A stretch of DNA of 63,958 bases, the filler included, from Bigelowiella natans CCMP2755 (lineage: Eukaryota > Protista > Cercozoa): NCBI GenBank assembly GCA_000320545.1. It is 7 parts of 7 records of this genome, joined end to end, with 100 filler letters (N's around TTAATTAATTAA, not from the genome) between each part and the next. Parts side by side here need not be neighbours in the genome. Positions count along the whole stretch, not along the records: positions 62,221 to 63,958 come from ADNK01003082.1; 6 more parts are not named here. One strand, written 5' to 3'. Below the pieces are notes generated by a model that was not told the origin of the DNA, made no database searches, and saw nothing but the letters and a program-made list of their open reading frames with translations. The translations under genes were made by a program, and so were the position numbers. The number at the start of each line of letters is the position of its first letter. Position 1 is the stretch's first letter. This document shows positions 62,221-63,958 of this stretch, in pieces.

Positions 62221-63958
62221 AACACATCTTTTTTTTTTAAACCCTCCCCCCCCCCCTTTTCCTTCTTTCCCCGCATGCAATACAATGGCATCCTGAGTAT
62301 CTCCAGTCGGCCCATGAGGGTAGAGACTCCGAAGATTTCCAAGGCTTCAAAGAGCACTCGAAGAGGGTCTTGAGAGAGAAGGGAGAGGGGGGAGAGGAGG
62401 GGGGGGGGGGGTAGGAAACCATGGAAAAAGTTTGCTCGCACTCAGTTATATCCTATTTGATGAAAACAGCCGGTTCTAACCACGTTGTTTATTCCCCATG
62501 GCTTTCACCACATGTGGTACTCGTTCTTACTAATGCACAGCTGTTCAAGGCCTTTGGAGCTGCATGCCGGCGACGACAGGGAAAGAGGAAATAAACGAGC
62601 AGAAACTTAAAAACTTAAATTCAGGCAGCGTAGCAATCGGTTTCAGCTAAAACTTAGTTCTGGCAGCCATAGAATCTACGACACTGCTGCGACACACAAC
62701 AACGCATGACTCAAGGTTGTAGGCGTAACTTATTCAAATCTCCGTTGGTGCTAGCCTGGGCGTTGTGGATGCTGCAGCTATAATGTATGCAAGCTTAGGG
62801 AGCGGCAGGTAGTCAGCAGAACTTGTCGGCTAATCTTGTATTGCGCACTAGAGTAGCAACGAGATACCATTTATCTGCTCGTTATATTATTCGATGATGT
62901 AATGGGCTCATTCGCATCGGCGCCAAAATCAAGCTCGAGCACACTCTAGATACATTGCACTAGAGAGCGGGTGTTTGATCATGCCGTCATCTTGTTCTTA
63001 GCTACAAATGCAGCTACCAAATGACATGCTAGCCTACGTCCAGTGCACATGCCTCGTGATGCACATGCTTATGTGCCCACAAGTATAATATATTCATAGT
63101 CATACATATATTATTACATTATTACGTTGTCTACAATAAATTACCTGCTACAATGAAAATTACCAGCTCATAGGTCTCGCTCCCTCGTTGCATAGCGTTA
63201 GCAGATCATTCGGTCGCTATTTTAGTACAGATGGAGGCACCAGCAATGCATCATATTGTTATATTATAACATATGATAGACTCATGCATGTAGTGTGCAA
63301 AACTAAAGGGCTGTTGCGACATAGCGCGCATGCATTATAAGTATGACACGCAGTACGCTCAATCAGCGCGAATGATCGAGTATAGCTGCGGCAATTTGCT
63401 CTTCAATAAACAATTATTGTATAACATACGATACATGAGATGCACATGACAATGTGCGGAGCACGCATTAGTGTACTGTATATATCATTACAATGTAGTT
63501 GACGCTCAAGCCGTGAATTACGTGCTGGTAATGCCAAGACACACGATAGATGGTCATTGTGTATAGTTATATTTCATTTGATTGTCCCCGAATCAAGACC
63601 CCAACATATCCTTCCATTCTTGCGACACCCTGCAAAGTAACATACCAACATACAGAAAATCACGAATGAATTTTGTGCTTACATACTGAATTGTTTCAAT
63701 TCACCATTAAAACGAGCTGAGATTCCCCCTCCCCCCGCCCCCTCCATCTCCGCATACCCCCGGTAGGTGGTTTTTGTTCGTGATTTTATTATTACTTAAT
63801 AGGGGAGGGGGGGGCTTTGGGTCGTTGAAATCTTCACGAATATGTGCAACTTAAACGTGGTATTGGATCTCCGCGTGCGTGATGTACCGCATTTTGCACA
63901 TCGCCTTCGCTACATCATCAACTTGCTAAGGAAGATTATTGTCGACCAAGGAAATATA

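Noticed and set aside
62500-63550. tgca/catg/ctag-rich intergenic DNA (also 43760-44250) as further TpA-eroded relics
   Set aside because: TA dinucleotides are still frequent there, so the signature is not met.

Overview
Eukaryotic, intron-rich nuclear DNA with microsatellite-filled GT-AG introns. The organism is probably a secondary-plastid protist such as a chlorarachniophyte (inference from a bipartite plastid leader and a Zn2Cys6 protein). The window is a concatenation of seven contigs joined by artificial 100-nt N44-TTAATTAATTAA-N44 linkers, so neighbourhood across linkers means nothing. Housekeeping genes assembled by eye from exons: DPH1 (3' end), DENR/Tma22, an ANTH protein, RNF170, a cytochrome-b5 front-end fatty acid desaturase, IRE1, TEX261/Svp26, a PLOD-type glycosyltransferase and a DEAD-box helicase. 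Four accessory items stand out. (1) A gene at 38.2-43.7 kb with an NLR-like architecture: one-exon-per-repeat ankyrins, near-identical TPRs, two SAP-like units, a SEA-like GSV motif, a CHAT caspase-like protease and a STAND NTPase. (2) An island at about 3-21 kb holding a dynamin/SLIP-GC-like GTPase apparently fused to a protein kinase, a tandem-SAM protein inside a 630-bp inverted-repeat-flanked cassette, a Zn2Cys6 factor and a Mus81-type winged-helix protein. (3) Repeat relics with TpA loss (TA to CA/TG, Tyr to His/Cys) while CpG is retained, suggesting a reverse-RIP-like mutator. (4) A Ty3/gypsy 3' end carrying a degenerate adenine-methyltransferase-like domain, inserted in a Polinton-type HNH relic. 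Exon boundaries and dinucleotide counts were done by eye; no database searches were run.
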